The notes: a model not told the origin generated them from the letters alone. Positions 10,294-21,288 are shown, counted from the first letter of the stretch. The stretch: DNA of 42,919 nucleotides from Cyanophyceae cyanobacterium (GCA_038321985.1 JBBQFN010000043.1:1-42919); one strand, 5' to 3'. A program made the numbers and translations.

Positions 10294-11967
10294 TTAAAAG
10301 GTGACGTGATCGCGCAGACGTTCTGCTAGAGTTGGGCCAATTCCGGAGACCCGTTGCAAATCCTCCACCGAAGTGAACCGTTGCTGTTGCCTTGCAGTAA
10401 TTATCCGAGAAGCCAAAGCAGGACCAATTCCGGGTAACTCTTCTAACTCCTGCTGAGTGGCTTGATTCACATTGAGCGGGGCCGTTGTAGATAATGCCGG
10501 GACCGGGTTGGGAGAGCCGCATTGCTGAATTTGTTGTTGGATTTTTGCCGCAACGTCAGTCGGTACACCCAAACGAGCCGTGCTATAAAGCCGTTCAAAC
10601 TCGCGTCTAAAATGGGCGGCTACTGTAGGAGATTCAATGACTAGAAGCGTTTCATCATTGCGAGAATTAGCCGCGGATGACCAGTTATGAGACCCGGTGA
10701 TCACCGTGCGATCGTCTAGTAGGGCAAATTTATGATGAAGGCGATCGCCCGGAGGGAGTTGGGGAACTCCCACGGTATCCAGGGGACTAGCCCAGATTTG
10801 GTTGCCCTGATCATACTGACAATTTTGAGCGGGTAAAGCCACCCCCATCATGTCCAACCCTTCGCTATAACTGCGATAGGCAAAACTGGGATCGATCAGA
10901 GCGCGGATCCGGACCCCGGTTTGATGACGAGCGTAAAGACTATCGCTCAACTGCTGTTGTGAAAAGACAAACAGGGCCAGATCCACCGATTGAGTGGCTC
11001 GGCTCAAAGTATGGGCGATCGCCCCATTAACACTATCTGCCCAAGGAATGCGCGCCCCCGTCGGGGAAAATTGGACCGCCACAGCACTTAGACCAAAATC
11101 AACCTGCTGCTTCGGTCGAAACGGCTTTTGCACCCCAAATCGGCTATCTGCAATCCCACCCGGACCATCACCCCATAAAAAGTTAAACTCTTGTTGAAAT
11201 AATGCGGCCAATTCAGGACTCTGGATTTTGAGTAAATTATTGGGATTACCGCGACTGATGGGAGAGAGAAAATCCCCGTGAATGTCACTGGTGGTGAAGT
11301 TGGCCGAAGTCACGATCACGGTGCGACCATCAGCGATCGCAAATTTGTGGTGCATCAGACCGCTCCCCTTGGAGCCATCTGCCGTATCGTCAATTAAAGG
11401 TACTCCGGCATCTTTTAAAATGACCAACGCATCACCGGAGGAGATTTCCTGGGGACTCAGGGAACCGTCATTGTTGCGATCGATTAACTGGAGCCATTCT
11501 TTGTACCGCGCTTTACTGCGTTCATCCAGACCCGCGACTTGCTGCGGTGTCAACTCACTCAGGGCCTGGTTATAGGTATTTTCTAAAATCACTTGAACCC
11601 TGACACCCGCCTGATGCTTTGCAGCTAGGGCCTGGGCAATTTTGGGCAATTGCAACTCCTGAACTGCCACCGCCACAGTGGACGTAGCCCCATTGATAGT
11701 ATCCACAATCAACTGTTCCAAATCATCCCCCGGTCGAGTGATGCCTCGGTAAGGCTCCAGGTACTCAGGGATAGGATTGTGATTAAAATAAACCTCCACA
11801 AATGGATCTTGTGGCAGGGGTGAGAGTCGAGGGGTTTGGGGGTGAATCTCTTTGCACCCACTTCCCACCAGGCCCACGGTAACCAAAAGCAGAGGCTGGA
11901 GAACGGCTGAGAATTTAGGGGTTTGTGGAGTTGTTTGCAGGATCAGCGGTAGCAGCATAGAACCCAA
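10294..11967 (-). CDS. comA: Competence protein ComA-like: phospholipase D-family nuclease with C-terminal ComEA helix-hairpin-helix
   Basis: Two HKD motifs (MHHKFAIAD, LHHKFALLD) and LNVNQATQQELEELPGIGPALASRII HhH. A lipobox-like VGSGC is present. True start may be downstream. Confidence 0.85.
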   Translation of the reverse strand: MGSMLLPLILQTTPQTPKFSAVLQPLLLVTVGLVGSGCKEIHPQTPRLSPLPQDPFVEVYFNHNPIPEYLEPYRGITRPGDDLEQLIVDTINGATSTVAVAVQELQLPKIAQALAAKHQAGVRVQVILENTYNQALSELTPQQVAGLDERSKARYKEWLQLIDRNNDGSLSPQEISSGDALVILKDAGVPLIDDTADGSKGSGLMHHKFAIADGRTVIVTSANFTTSDIHGDFLSPISRGNPNNLLKIQSPELAALFQQEFNFLWGDGPGGIADSRFGVQKPFRPKQQVDFGLSAVAVQFSPTGARIPWADSVNGAIAHTLSRATQSVDLALFVFSQQQLSDSLYARHQTGVRIRALIDPSFAYRSYSEGLDMMGVALPAQNCQYDQGNQIWASPLDTVGVPQLPPGDRLHHKFALLDDRTVITGSHNWSSAANSRNDETLLVIESPTVAAHFRREFERLYSTARLGVPTDVAAKIQQQIQQCGSPNPVPALSTTAPLNVNQATQQELEELPGIGPALASRIITARQQQRFTSVEDLQRVSGIGPTLAERLRDHVTF

Positions 11968-12565
11968 CCAATCAGCTAGGAATTTAGATTTGGGGACGAC
12001 GATGGGGCGATCGCCCTGACCGGAAAGAGCGCCATTGAGAATGGGGAAATGGGAAAAATTAGGAGACTACAATCGAAAATTTGAAGGCTGCAACCCCGAG
12101 AGAACGGGAGTTTCAGGTAAATGAGCTGGCTGTAGATAAACCGGGAGAAGTCGGAAAAAAAGTCACTTGAGCAAGTGGCGCGCCCTAACCCATGGTAGAA
12201 TTGCGATCGGTTGAAAAAGATTTGTCGATCGTCTTCGCCCTCCTTGTCCGGCATCATAGCATTCAGGATTGGCAATTCTTCCCTTTCGAGGGGTGGAGCC
12301 ACGGCAACAAATTTTTAGGGGTTCAATTCAGCAGTTGAACGTCTAGGGATTTTGTTGACTTAACGGATGTCTGGTGATGGCATGGAAATAGGGCCGAAAT
12401 TAGGCTTCGGCTCGGGGATTAGGGCAACCTGAGACCTATTGCTTACTGCGGAAGTTTGTGCAACGGGAAACAGTTGGCACGGACCAGGGGCTATAGGTTG
12501 AGGAGAAGCTCTGATTGCGAGTTGAAGTTGGAGGTTTGGGCCAGACAAACCAACACCAGTGTTTT

Positions 12566-12967
12566 ATGCCGAGAAGAAAAAGAACCTTTCCATGCGGTCA
12601 CAAGGGTTATGGTCAAGTTTGTCACCGTTGCGCCCAAGATGAAGCGGCAGTGGAGCAAGTGGTACGTTCGCTGGCGGAAAAACGACAGCAAAAAATGGAA
12701 TGGGAAGCCACTTTTGACAATGACCCCATTGATTTGAGAGAGCTACCGGATTACGTGGTTCACAAAGCCCGGAATATTATTGATGGACTCCATGAGCGCC
12801 GTAATTATCGAGAGTTTGGCGGGAAGCGTCTGCGTCATAATCGCTGCATTATCAGCATCCCGGTGACCCGAAATTATCGGATGATCTGCCGAGAGGAGGG
12901 GAATGTCACGATTCCCGAATCGGTGTTGTCACACGAAGATTACAATGTGTGCAAACCCGGGAGTTAA
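12566..12967 (+). CDS. Small Cys/His zinc-binding protein with RelE/ParE-like C-terminal domain
   Basis: MPRRKRTFPCGHKGYGQVCHRC zinc-knuckle-like start; C-terminal GKRLRHNRCIISIPVTRNYRMICR...VLSHEDYN pattern resembles RelE-type folds. Confidence 0.7.
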   Translation: MPRRKRTFPCGHKGYGQVCHRCAQDEAAVEQVVRSLAEKRQQKMEWEATFDNDPIDLRELPDYVVHKARNIIDGLHERRNYREFGGKRLRHNRCIISIPVTRNYRMICREEGNVTIPESVLSHEDYNVCKPGS

Positions 12968-13147
12968 GGGCGCTGAGTGAATGGAGCGTAAATTTTCGAT
13001 GGGTTCTATTAAAAATTGATAAACTGCGTAAGTGGCGATCGCGGGTCCTCCAGGGTTATCGGCAGGAGATTGTCCGACCAATTGCCGCAAGATATAGGCT
13101 GAAGAGAAATTAGCCCTGTAGCGGCTTGTCAAAAAGCTCAGTAACTC

Positions 13148-14326
13148 ATGCAAATCTATTTAGATTACAGCGCAACAACACCAACTCGACCCGAGGCGAT
13201 CGCAGCAATGCAAGAGGCCCTCACCCAGGATTGGGGTAATCCTTCTAGCATCCACGAATGGGGGCAAAGATCCGCAACGGTGGTGGAAAAGGCTCGAATG
13301 CAAGTCGGGAGTCTGATTAATGCACCGGCTGATTCGATCATTTTCACGGCTGGGGGGACGGAAGCGGACAATCTCGGAATAATGGGAGTAGCACGTCACT
13401 ATCAGACCCCGCAGCATCTGATTATTTCCAATGTTGAACACTCAGCAATTAGCAAAACGGTAGAGTTGTTACAGCAGTGGGGATGGGGGGTGAGTCGGTT
13501 GCCAGTCGATCGCCTGGGAAGAGTGAATCCCGAGGACCTTAAATCGGCTTTGCGATCCAATACGGTTTTAGTATCGGTGATTTATGGACAGAGTGAAGTG
13601 GGGACAGTGCAACCCATTCAGGAATTAGGGGCAGTCGCCCATAGCGCTGGGGTGCTGTTTCATGTAGATGGGGTGCAAGTAGTGGGGCGATCGCCGATCA
13701 ACGTGCAGAAGTTGCCGGTGGATATGCTGTCTCTATCCAGTCACAAAATTTATGGCCCTCAAGGGGCGGGGGCGCTGTACGTCCGAGAAGGGTTAGAACT
13801 GGTCCCCTTGCTTACGGGAGGGGGACAAGAATCGAATCGGCGATCGGGGACTCAGGCGGTACCTGCGATCGCGGGATTTGGGGTCGCCGCCGAATTAGCG
13901 GCGCAAGAAATACCAACGGAGACACCCAGATTGATCCAATTGCGCGATCGCCTCTTTGACTTATTAGGCGATACCCCGGAACTTGTCCCTACCGGCGATC
14001 GGCTGCATCGCTTACCTCACCACGTTAGTTTCTGCCTGCGGGAGGATGCTCATCACCGAGGGAGTCACCCCATCTCCGGCAGGACGATCGTCCGTCAGAT
14101 GAATCTAGCCGGAATTGCCATTAGTTCTGGATCCGCCTGTAGTAGCGGGAAACTCAACCCCAGCCCCGTCTTATTAGCAATGGGATACAGTCCCACCGAA
14201 GCCACGGCTGCTGTGCGCCTCACCCTAGGACGACACACCACCGAAGCTGATATCGAGTGGACGGCAATGGTTCTTAAGCAAATTTTAGCCCGACTAATGC
14301 CCGAATTAGCCTTAGCTAGGCTTTAA
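13148..14326 (+). CDS. iscS: Cysteine desulfurase, IscS/NifS family (PLP-dependent)
   Basis: IYLDYSATTP, GNPSSIH, SLSSHKIYGPQG (PLP lysine), SSGSACSSG (catalytic Cys). Confidence 0.92.
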   Translation: MQIYLDYSATTPTRPEAIAAMQEALTQDWGNPSSIHEWGQRSATVVEKARMQVGSLINAPADSIIFTAGGTEADNLGIMGVARHYQTPQHLIISNVEHSAISKTVELLQQWGWGVSRLPVDRLGRVNPEDLKSALRSNTVLVSVIYGQSEVGTVQPIQELGAVAHSAGVLFHVDGVQVVGRSPINVQKLPVDMLSLSSHKIYGPQGAGALYVREGLELVPLLTGGGQESNRRSGTQAVPAIAGFGVAAELAAQEIPTETPRLIQLRDRLFDLLGDTPELVPTGDRLHRLPHHVSFCLREDAHHRGSHPISGRTIVRQMNLAGIAISSGSACSSGKLNPSPVLLAMGYSPTEATAAVRLTLGRHTTEADIEWTAMVLKQILARLMPELALARL

Positions 14327-14386
14327 TGTCATTATTCCTTTTTTTCCCTCTTCCATGTGTTAACTACCAAATTCTTGATCTAGATT

Positions 14387-15703
14387 ATGGCCTTTTCAAT
14401 CCAACCAAAAATTTCTTCATACCTACATATTGAAGGAGATATCCCTGTAGACCTTCCTAATGGCAGTTTTATTTCTATCACCAGAAAAACCCCCCTTAAA
14501 ATTTACTCTTTGGGCTTTCAACCTGCTAAATCAATTCCGGAAATTCCTCGGTGGTTTTTGCAAAAATACTGCACTAACAATCCATTTATTATATTAGAAC
14601 CCTTTGCGGGTTCCGGCACTACCCTGATCGAAAGCCTCCAACAGCAAACCTCCGTTTATTGGCTAGATTATCATCCCTTGAGTCGTTTAATTTGTCGCGT
14701 TAAAACTACCCAATTTTCACCGGGAGATTTGCTCGAAAACACTTCTAAAATTATCCAATCTGCTTCTCTTCACAAAAATGCCCAAGAAACTGTAAAGTTT
14801 GCCAATAAAGATTTCTGGTTTCAAACTGCTGTGCAAGAGGGACTAGAAATTTTAAAACACTATATCAGTCAAGCCCCAGAAAAGAACCAGCCCTTGCTAT
14901 GGATAGCGTTTGCCTCCACGGTCAGAAAAACCTCAAATATGAATGATGGAATGCTGTTAGCGGCAAGGCGTTCTAACTTTGAAAAAATCCCGGAACGGTC
15001 GCGGAGGGATGTATTTGAGTATTTTCAGAGTTATGTGGAGCGAGCAATCGAAGCCGTACAAGAGTGGCAAACAGTTTGCCCCGATTTGGAAAAAGCTCAA
15101 GAATTACCTAGTCAAGATGCACGAGATTTGCCTAGAAATTGGACTTGTGATGCGATCGTCACCTCTCCCCCTTACATCAATGCGATCGATTATGTGTGGG
15201 CGTCAAAATTTGAACTCCACTGGCTAGAAATGGTCATGGACGATAAAGCTCGGTTGGAATTGTATTCTAAAGAAATTGGGACCGAAAGAATCCCTAGGAA
15301 CCAATGTAAACAACTGGGAAAAACCGGAAATTCCCAATTAGATACTCTCCTTGAAGAAATCTATACTGGAAAAAAATATCAAGCAAGCAAGGGGCAAAAT
15401 GAACTGAGATCCAGAGTTGCTTATCAATATTTTGTAGACATGAAATATCATTTTTTGCAAAGTGTTAAAAATTTGAAGCCTGGGGGATATTATTGCTTTT
15501 CGATTGGAGATATTAGTAAAATTTGTGGAGTAGAAATTCCTGTTGCTTCTATTTTAAAAGAGTTGGCGATAGAAACAGGATTGCGAGAAATATTTCATTT
15601 TTATTTACTGTTAAAAAATCGTAGATTAAATCTTCCTCGAAATGTTGAGTGGGCAGGAACCATAAAACACGATCAGGTCATTATTTTGGAGAAATCTTTT
15701 TAA
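14387..15703 (+). CDS. DNA amino-methyltransferase, probably N4-cytosine
   Basis: SAM-binding ILEPFAGSGTT near the N-terminus; catalytic DAIVTSPPY in the C-terminal half; LKPGGYYCFSIGD. Confidence 0.88.
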   Translation: MAFSIQPKISSYLHIEGDIPVDLPNGSFISITRKTPLKIYSLGFQPAKSIPEIPRWFLQKYCTNNPFIILEPFAGSGTTLIESLQQQTSVYWLDYHPLSRLICRVKTTQFSPGDLLENTSKIIQSASLHKNAQETVKFANKDFWFQTAVQEGLEILKHYISQAPEKNQPLLWIAFASTVRKTSNMNDGMLLAARRSNFEKIPERSRRDVFEYFQSYVERAIEAVQEWQTVCPDLEKAQELPSQDARDLPRNWTCDAIVTSPPYINAIDYVWASKFELHWLEMVMDDKARLELYSKEIGTERIPRNQCKQLGKTGNSQLDTLLEEIYTGKKYQASKGQNELRSRVAYQYFVDMKYHFLQSVKNLKPGGYYCFSIGDISKICGVEIPVASILKELAIETGLREIFHFYLLLKNRRLNLPRNVEWAGTIKHDQVIILEKSF

Positions 15704-16326
15704 TGAACCCCAATCCCCTAGAGCAAACCTTAGAAAATATCCTACAACGATACAGGCAATCCTTTGCCATCAAACTCTTTACCGATGAGTCTTCAACTGA
15801 AGATGATTTGATGAGGGTATTTGGATTGACTCAAGTCATTAAAGCAGAAAATAAACAATACTGGGGCAGAGAGTTAGGAATGTGTTGGCAACGAGTTATC
15901 ACGGAATTGTGCAGAGAAAACTGTGAAAATTTTGGGCCAGCAATTCGACAAGGGAAAGATGAAATCTGCGATTTGGTAATTGGGCGCGATGCAATAGATA
16001 CAAAATACCGAATTGGTTCGGGAGATGCGGGAACGTTAAAAAAATTTAGAGAGTATGCCGGAAAATTGCAAGGATTAGGATTAACACCGATTTTGCTCAT
16101 CCTGCGGACCGATAATTTGCCTAACGCTATCATAAGTTGTCAAAACGGGGGTTGGACTGTTATGCGAGGGAGTCAATCTTACGAGTACATCAGAAATAAA
16201 ACTGGATTTAATTTAGAATCCTGGTTACAAGCTAGAAGAAATCGCTATTCTATAGCGAGTCCAAATAATCTTGAAAATGAATCCGAAGCGAGTTTAAATG
16301 AGCTTGATGGTGGCTCCGATACCTAA
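15703..16326 (+). CDS. Putative Type II restriction endonuclease (PD-(D/E)xK fold)
   Basis: ATG overlaps the MTase stop (TAATG 15701-15705). Contains ELGMCWQ and a CDLVIGRDAIDTKYR (D...DxK) catalytic-like motif. Confidence 0.7.
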   Translation: MNPNPLEQTLENILQRYRQSFAIKLFTDESSTEDDLMRVFGLTQVIKAENKQYWGRELGMCWQRVITELCRENCENFGPAIRQGKDEICDLVIGRDAIDTKYRIGSGDAGTLKKFREYAGKLQGLGLTPILLILRTDNLPNAIISCQNGGWTVMRGSQSYEYIRNKTGFNLESWLQARRNRYSIASPNNLENESEASLNELDGGSDT

Positions 16327-16408
16327 GAGTTTTGTAATGGGATCAACTTACTCGCTACCTCTATGCCCAAATGATTTAGACCCGCTATATCGAACCCTGA
16401 GAAAAATT

Positions 16409-16442
16409 AGAAACCGGGTTTTGAAGCAATAACCCGGTTTCT
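16409..16442. repeat. Short intergenic palindromic repeat (AGAAACCGGGTT...AACCCGGTTTCT)
   Basis: 12-bp inverted arms; a related AGAAACCGGGTT arm occurs at about 34272. Confidence 0.6.
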
Positions 16443-16845
16443 GGGTAGTGGGGGCCCAAAATTTATTAAAAACTCAGCTTGCTACTCCAATTCCAGAGTT
16501 TAAAACAAATAGTTTGAACCAAAATCGGGCATGATGATAGTAGTATTTATTGCGTATTTTTAACCCAATTCCCTCAACAATATTGATATTACTTTTGTTA
16601 AAACAGGCCACCTCATATAAAAATAACGGTGAGGATAAATTACATTCACGATAGCACTAGCCTATCGGAAAGAAAGTCCCCCATTAGTTCTGGTTGAAGG
16701 TAATTTTCTCAGTTTAACAAAGGTTTTATAAATCAAGGGTTAGTCGGAAGTTATACCAAGCTGCTGTTTTTTAGAATTTATTAATTTTTGGTATACAAAA
16801 AAAGAACTTTAACAATGCGCTTGATTCGATAAAAATAATAATCCC

Positions 16846-17157
16846 CTATTTTTTAGAATTAGAAATTTTTTTAATTTTAAACTGTTGTTCTGCGACATAA
16901 GCTAAGGTTCTTTGGGCATCAGAGGCTGGGGTTTGTTCCGGGATATCTGTAATATGCCACCAGGCATAAATGAATCCGGCTGCCACGCCCCCAACCACCC
17001 CAAAGAGAAGGCTCAAGGCTGTAGAGTACCCCAAAAATCCAAAACTAAACATAAAAAATATCCACATTTTAATCCCGAAGGCGATTCCTTTTTGTTTCGG
17101 GGATTTGGGGGGTCGTTTACCACCGGATGTGGCTTTTTTATCTTGTAAGTTTGCCAT
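16846..17157 (-). CDS. Hypothetical small membrane protein
   Basis: 103 aa with two TM segments (WIFFMFSFGFLGY; LSLLFGVVGGVAAGFIYAWW). Confidence 0.7.
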   Translation of the reverse strand: MANLQDKKATSGGKRPPKSPKQKGIAFGIKMWIFFMFSFGFLGYSTALSLLFGVVGGVAAGFIYAWWHITDIPEQTPASDAQRTLAYVAEQQFKIKKISNSKK

Positions 17158-17199
17158 ATAATTGCTCTAGCTCCGTAGGGGTAAAAAAATAAAGCAAAA

Positions 17200-18753
17200 T
17201 TAACTTTTAAATCGGGTAATCAGTTGCTTTAATTGTAGTTGGATATCGGCAGTGGTATCCAGGGGGGTGATGTAGGCGCGTTCGTTCTCACTAAACGGTT
17301 CGGCAGCTTGTTGCTGGGTGTCCAGGAGATCGGCAGTGGCATCGGCAATATCTCCTTTGCGCTGATTGAGGCGATCGCGCAAAACGGCGACTGGGGCGGT
17401 ACAATGTATAATATTCAAGGGCAAACCGCGATTTCTAGCGGCAAGGATTGCCGTTTCCCGCAACTGTTGCCGGTCATATTTGGCATCCAAAATAACCGGA
17501 AATCCATCCCCTGCCAGCATGATTCCCAATTCTAACAATCGGGCATAAGTCCGACGGGTCATATCCGGAGTGTATATCTCATTACTCCCCTGGGACTGAA
17601 GGGGAATACCGGCTAAATGCTTCCGTACTGCATCGGATCGGATGTGAATTGCCCCAGTCGCCCTCGCCACCTGTCGCGCGATCGTACTTTTTCCCGAACC
17701 TGATAAACCCGACATTAACATCAATTGCCCTTGTCTAGGTTGCGTGTACTGCCATGCAACTTGGTAATAATGTGTTGCGGTTTGCGAAGCAATTTTTTTC
17801 TCACTTTTACTAATATTAGCATCGTCTAACATGAGTGAAGCCACTTTAGCACGGACATACGCCTGCCGACTTAAATATAAAGGCAGCACTTGCAACCCTT
17901 CCCAATCTCCGGTTTGTTCAATATAAGTATTTAAAAATTCATTGCCTAGGTCCTGCCGTCCCCTCGCTTCCATATCCATGACGGCAAAGGCAATATCGTA
18001 CATGACATCAACAAACCGAAATTCTTCGTTAAATTCAATGCGATCGAACAGCAGGATCTGATCATCCCATAGAGCAATATTCTTTAAATGTAAATCTCCG
18101 TGACATTCCCGAATTTTATCAATTTGCATTCGCCGTTCAAACAAAGAGGACCGTTCCGTAAAAAAGCGATCGCTGTAGGCTTTGGTTTCCTCAAATTGCC
18201 GGCGCGTCTGGGGTCCGCCGATATAGCGTTCTGAGTATTGATAGTTCTTCTCGATCGCCTCGCGGATTTTAGCCCCCTCTCCAAAACTGCGAATATCGTC
18301 GTCTGTAGGGGTTTGGCTATGAAAATTCGCCACTACTTGTCCTAAACGGTGAATCTGTTCCAGGCTGAGTTGACCCTGATCAAACTGCTCAATTAATAAT
18401 GCTTCTTGGGGAAATTGACGCATTTTTACCGCATATTCCACCGCTTCGCCCGTGCCGTTTAATTCAAGGCAACTGTCTCCTTGAGTCACCGCCACCACCT
18501 CCAGATACATTTGCGGGGCAATTTGGCGGTTTAAACGCAATTCTTCCTCACAAAAATGGTGTCTTTTTTCCAAGGTAGAGTAATCTAAAAACCCAAAATC
18601 AACCGATTTTTTGACCTTATAAACATAGTCTCCAGTCAGCAACAGAAAAGAGGCATGGGTTTGGAGTAGAGTGACTGGTTCTTGCACCCCATGGGGGTAA
18701 AATTCCGGCTGCATCATCTGGGCGATCGCCTGGGGAAGTGTTACCTCACTCAT
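17200..18753 (-). CDS. Bifunctional aminoglycoside-phosphotransferase-like / P-loop kinase (AAA_33) protein
   Basis: ECHGDLHLKNI and DRIEFN in the APH-like domain; GLSGSGKST and IRSDAVRK in the P-loop domain. GGAGG precedes ATG 18753 (alternative start 18765). Confidence 0.9.
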   Translation of the reverse strand: MSEVTLPQAIAQMMQPEFYPHGVQEPVTLLQTHASFLLLTGDYVYKVKKSVDFGFLDYSTLEKRHHFCEEELRLNRQIAPQMYLEVVAVTQGDSCLELNGTGEAVEYAVKMRQFPQEALLIEQFDQGQLSLEQIHRLGQVVANFHSQTPTDDDIRSFGEGAKIREAIEKNYQYSERYIGGPQTRRQFEETKAYSDRFFTERSSLFERRMQIDKIRECHGDLHLKNIALWDDQILLFDRIEFNEEFRFVDVMYDIAFAVMDMEARGRQDLGNEFLNTYIEQTGDWEGLQVLPLYLSRQAYVRAKVASLMLDDANISKSEKKIASQTATHYYQVAWQYTQPRQGQLMLMSGLSGSGKSTIARQVARATGAIHIRSDAVRKHLAGIPLQSQGSNEIYTPDMTRRTYARLLELGIMLAGDGFPVILDAKYDRQQLRETAILAARNRGLPLNIIHCTAPVAVLRDRLNQRKGDIADATADLLDTQQQAAEPFSENERAYITPLDTTADIQLQLKQLITRFKS

Positions 18754-18851
18754 CTTGTCCTCCATTTCTTATTAATTCCGATTTGGGAAGGATGGGAGGA
18801 AGAATAAATGATGAATTTTCCCCCTTCATCCTTCCCTTTTCCCCCTTATCC

Positions 18852-19832
18852 TTATTTTAACGATTGCGTCTCTTCTTTCGATAATCGGGGTCCGTAGGTG
18901 GTGACAATCCGAGCAGCGGCGTGAGAGGCTAATTTCCCCGCTTCTGCGTGACTCATGCCATGAGTAATGCCATATAAAAAGGCCCCAGCATACATATCTC
19001 CCGCGCCTACGGTATCAACTGCCTGAACAGGAACCGCCGGAATTTCGATGATTTCTGTACCATCAAAAATCAAAGAACCTTTAGAACCAAGGGTAATTGC
19101 AAAGCGTTTTGAGAGCGTTTTTAAAACTGTGACTGCCTCATCAATGCTCTGAGTTTCAGCCATGGTGAAGGCTTCGCTTTCGTTGGCAAAAATAAAATCA
19201 ATCCCGGGTCCTATTATTTCTAATAAACCCTCTTTAAAGAATTTAACCATATTCAGGTCAGAGAGAGAGAGGGCCGTTTTTACCCCGGCTTGGCTGGCAA
19301 TTTCCCGAGCCTTAATTGCGGCGGTTTTACCCGAGGGAGAACTGACAAGGTATCCCTCAATATAAAGATATTCTGATGAAGCGATTGCATCGGGAATCAG
19401 TTCCGTTGTAGAAAAACTGCCAGTAATTCCTAAATAAGTATTCATGGTGCGATCGGCATCAGGGGTGACGAAAACTAGACATTTTCCCGTCACTCCATCC
19501 GGTCGGGTTTGATGTTGTAAGTTCGTTTCTACCCCATTGCGGAGCAGGTCTTCAAGGTAAAAATTGCCGGTTTCATCATTGGCAACTTTACAGGAATAAA
19601 AACCTTTGCCACCGAATTGACTTACCGCGATAATAGTATTGGCCGCCGAACCCCCACAGGTTTTTTTAGAAAGGCGATCGCTAAATTGTTCAAGAAGGGA
19701 ATGATGCCGGTCTTCTTCGATTAAAGTCATGACTCCTTTCTCGATTTGCATCTGTGCCATGAGTTCTGGGGATATTGTATATTCGATATCCACCAATGCA
19801 TTGCCGATGCCATAAACGTGATAACTGCTCAT
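18852..19832 (-). CDS. PfkB-family carbohydrate/adenosine kinase
   Basis: GIGNALVD, GGSAANT, FANESEA and AVDTVGAGDMYAGAFLYG PfkB signature. Confidence 0.93.
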   Translation of the reverse strand: MSSYHVYGIGNALVDIEYTISPELMAQMQIEKGVMTLIEEDRHHSLLEQFSDRLSKKTCGGSAANTIIAVSQFGGKGFYSCKVANDETGNFYLEDLLRNGVETNLQHQTRPDGVTGKCLVFVTPDADRTMNTYLGITGSFSTTELIPDAIASSEYLYIEGYLVSSPSGKTAAIKAREIASQAGVKTALSLSDLNMVKFFKEGLLEIIGPGIDFIFANESEAFTMAETQSIDEAVTVLKTLSKRFAITLGSKGSLIFDGTEIIEIPAVPVQAVDTVGAGDMYAGAFLYGITHGMSHAEAGKLASHAAARIVTTYGPRLSKEETQSLK

Positions 19833-19901
19833 AAATTTGTTGCTTTTTACGAATAAAGTGGGAAATCAAATCGGGGTTAAACCCTCCGATCCAAAGCAAA
19901 A

Positions 19902-19942
19902 AGGAAAAAGGCAACAGGGAATAACCTGCCTGCCTTTTTCCT
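19902..19942 (-). terminator. Probable terminator hairpin downstream of rplY
   Basis: AGGAAAAAGGCA...TGCCTTTTTCCT inverted repeat. Confidence 0.55.
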
Positions 19943-20088
19943 CTTATGAAATCAGGGCTTGGATTGTAGGAACCTGAAAAAAGGATGCGATCGCCCCGAG
20001 TATCCCTGACGCCACGGATAAAAACCTTGTGTTTTGCCAGAGGTTTTTATCCCCAGGGACTAGCATCGGATGAAACACGGGAACATCT

Positions 20089-20706
20089 TTATACAGTTCC
20101 AGAAGTTTCTCCCTCTGTGCCTTCTGCGCTGGTCGATTTCTCTGTGTTTCTAGACTGTAGAATTGCCAAGACCGTACGCTCACCTTCAACGCTAGCAACT
20201 ACCCCTTCGGATAAGGGGAGTTGGTGGACTTGCAAGGACTCCCCAAGTTTAAGCCCAGTCACGTCAATTTCAATCGAATCTGGGATGTTGTCCCGAGTAC
20301 ATTGGATGGGGAGTTCCGTCATCATGATATCTAAGACCCCACCTTCTTGGGTCACCCCATAAGGTTCTCCCACCAGATGAATCGGAACGACTAAATCCAG
20401 GCTGGTATCTGCTGACACCGCTAAAAAGCTGATGTGGTAAACCGACGTTGATTTCCAAGGATGGGTTTGAACCTCTCTGAGGATGGTTTTTCCCTTCCAG
20501 GAAAGGTCGGGGATATTCAGATCCACCAAGGTATTGTTTACCGAGGCTTCTTTGAGCAATTTTTCAGCAATTTTAGCGGGAATGGTCAAACTGATGGATT
20601 CGCTGCCTTGATGACCATACAGGGCCGCAGGAATCAATCCCTCCCGTCGCAGGGCTTTGGGTTTGGTTCCTTCGTGGCGTTTTTGGCATTCAACGATTAC
20701 TGTCAT
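20089..20706 (-). CDS. rplY: 50S ribosomal protein L25 / general stress protein Ctc
   Basis: [33 protein letters not shown] and C-terminal beta domain [18 protein letters not shown]. Confidence 0.95.
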   Translation of the reverse strand: MTVIVECQKRHEGTKPKALRREGLIPAALYGHQGSESISLTIPAKIAEKLLKEASVNNTLVDLNIPDLSWKGKTILREVQTHPWKSTSVYHISFLAVSADTSLDLVVPIHLVGEPYGVTQEGGVLDIMMTELPIQCTRDNIPDSIEIDVTGLKLGESLQVHQLPLSEGVVASVEGERTVLAILQSRNTEKSTSAEGTEGETSGTV

Positions 20707-21288
20707 TTTAGGTGTTACTCGCTACGGGTTAGCAATAAATGATGGAGCGGACGTTTTTCGCGGCTAACCAGAGGCTCCGGAGAAAACGCTGCAATCTCCT
20801 ATTTTATCAACAGCGGGGACATTTATTCAAGCCCGCTGGAGATATTGATATTTTTCGTTTTCGATACAGCGGTGTAATTCATGTAGCTTTTTGAGGGGTA
20901 GGTCAGTTTTTGATACTCCTCTTGAGACGGACAGAGAAAACAGACCCTTTTAATGGTGCGTCTATCTCAACAAAGCCCCCAACTCAGTCTATTCTTTACA
21001 CTCCCCTTTTTCAAGCTGAATTGGGTATCAATCCCCTCTAAGGGTTTAAATAAATCCCTATCTTTAACTTTTCCAGTATCCCCTTTTTTATCAAAAAAAT
21101 TTTGTCTGTGCATTCAATACACTGTTTTTGCAGTTCTTAACAGGAGCGAAATTTTTAAATATTTGTAGGGAGTATTTTGTCGCCCTTGAAAATTTAATTA
21201 AACACCTCCCTCGGTGAAATGGCGCTATGATCGACCAGGTATGAGTCCCTTGAGAATTGCTCTAAATTAAGAACACTAACCCTAACAG

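Noticed and set aside
11976..12548. Short ORFs between comA and the zinc-knuckle gene as a possible antitoxin
   Set aside because: Wrong strand or overlapping, with no antitoxin-like features.
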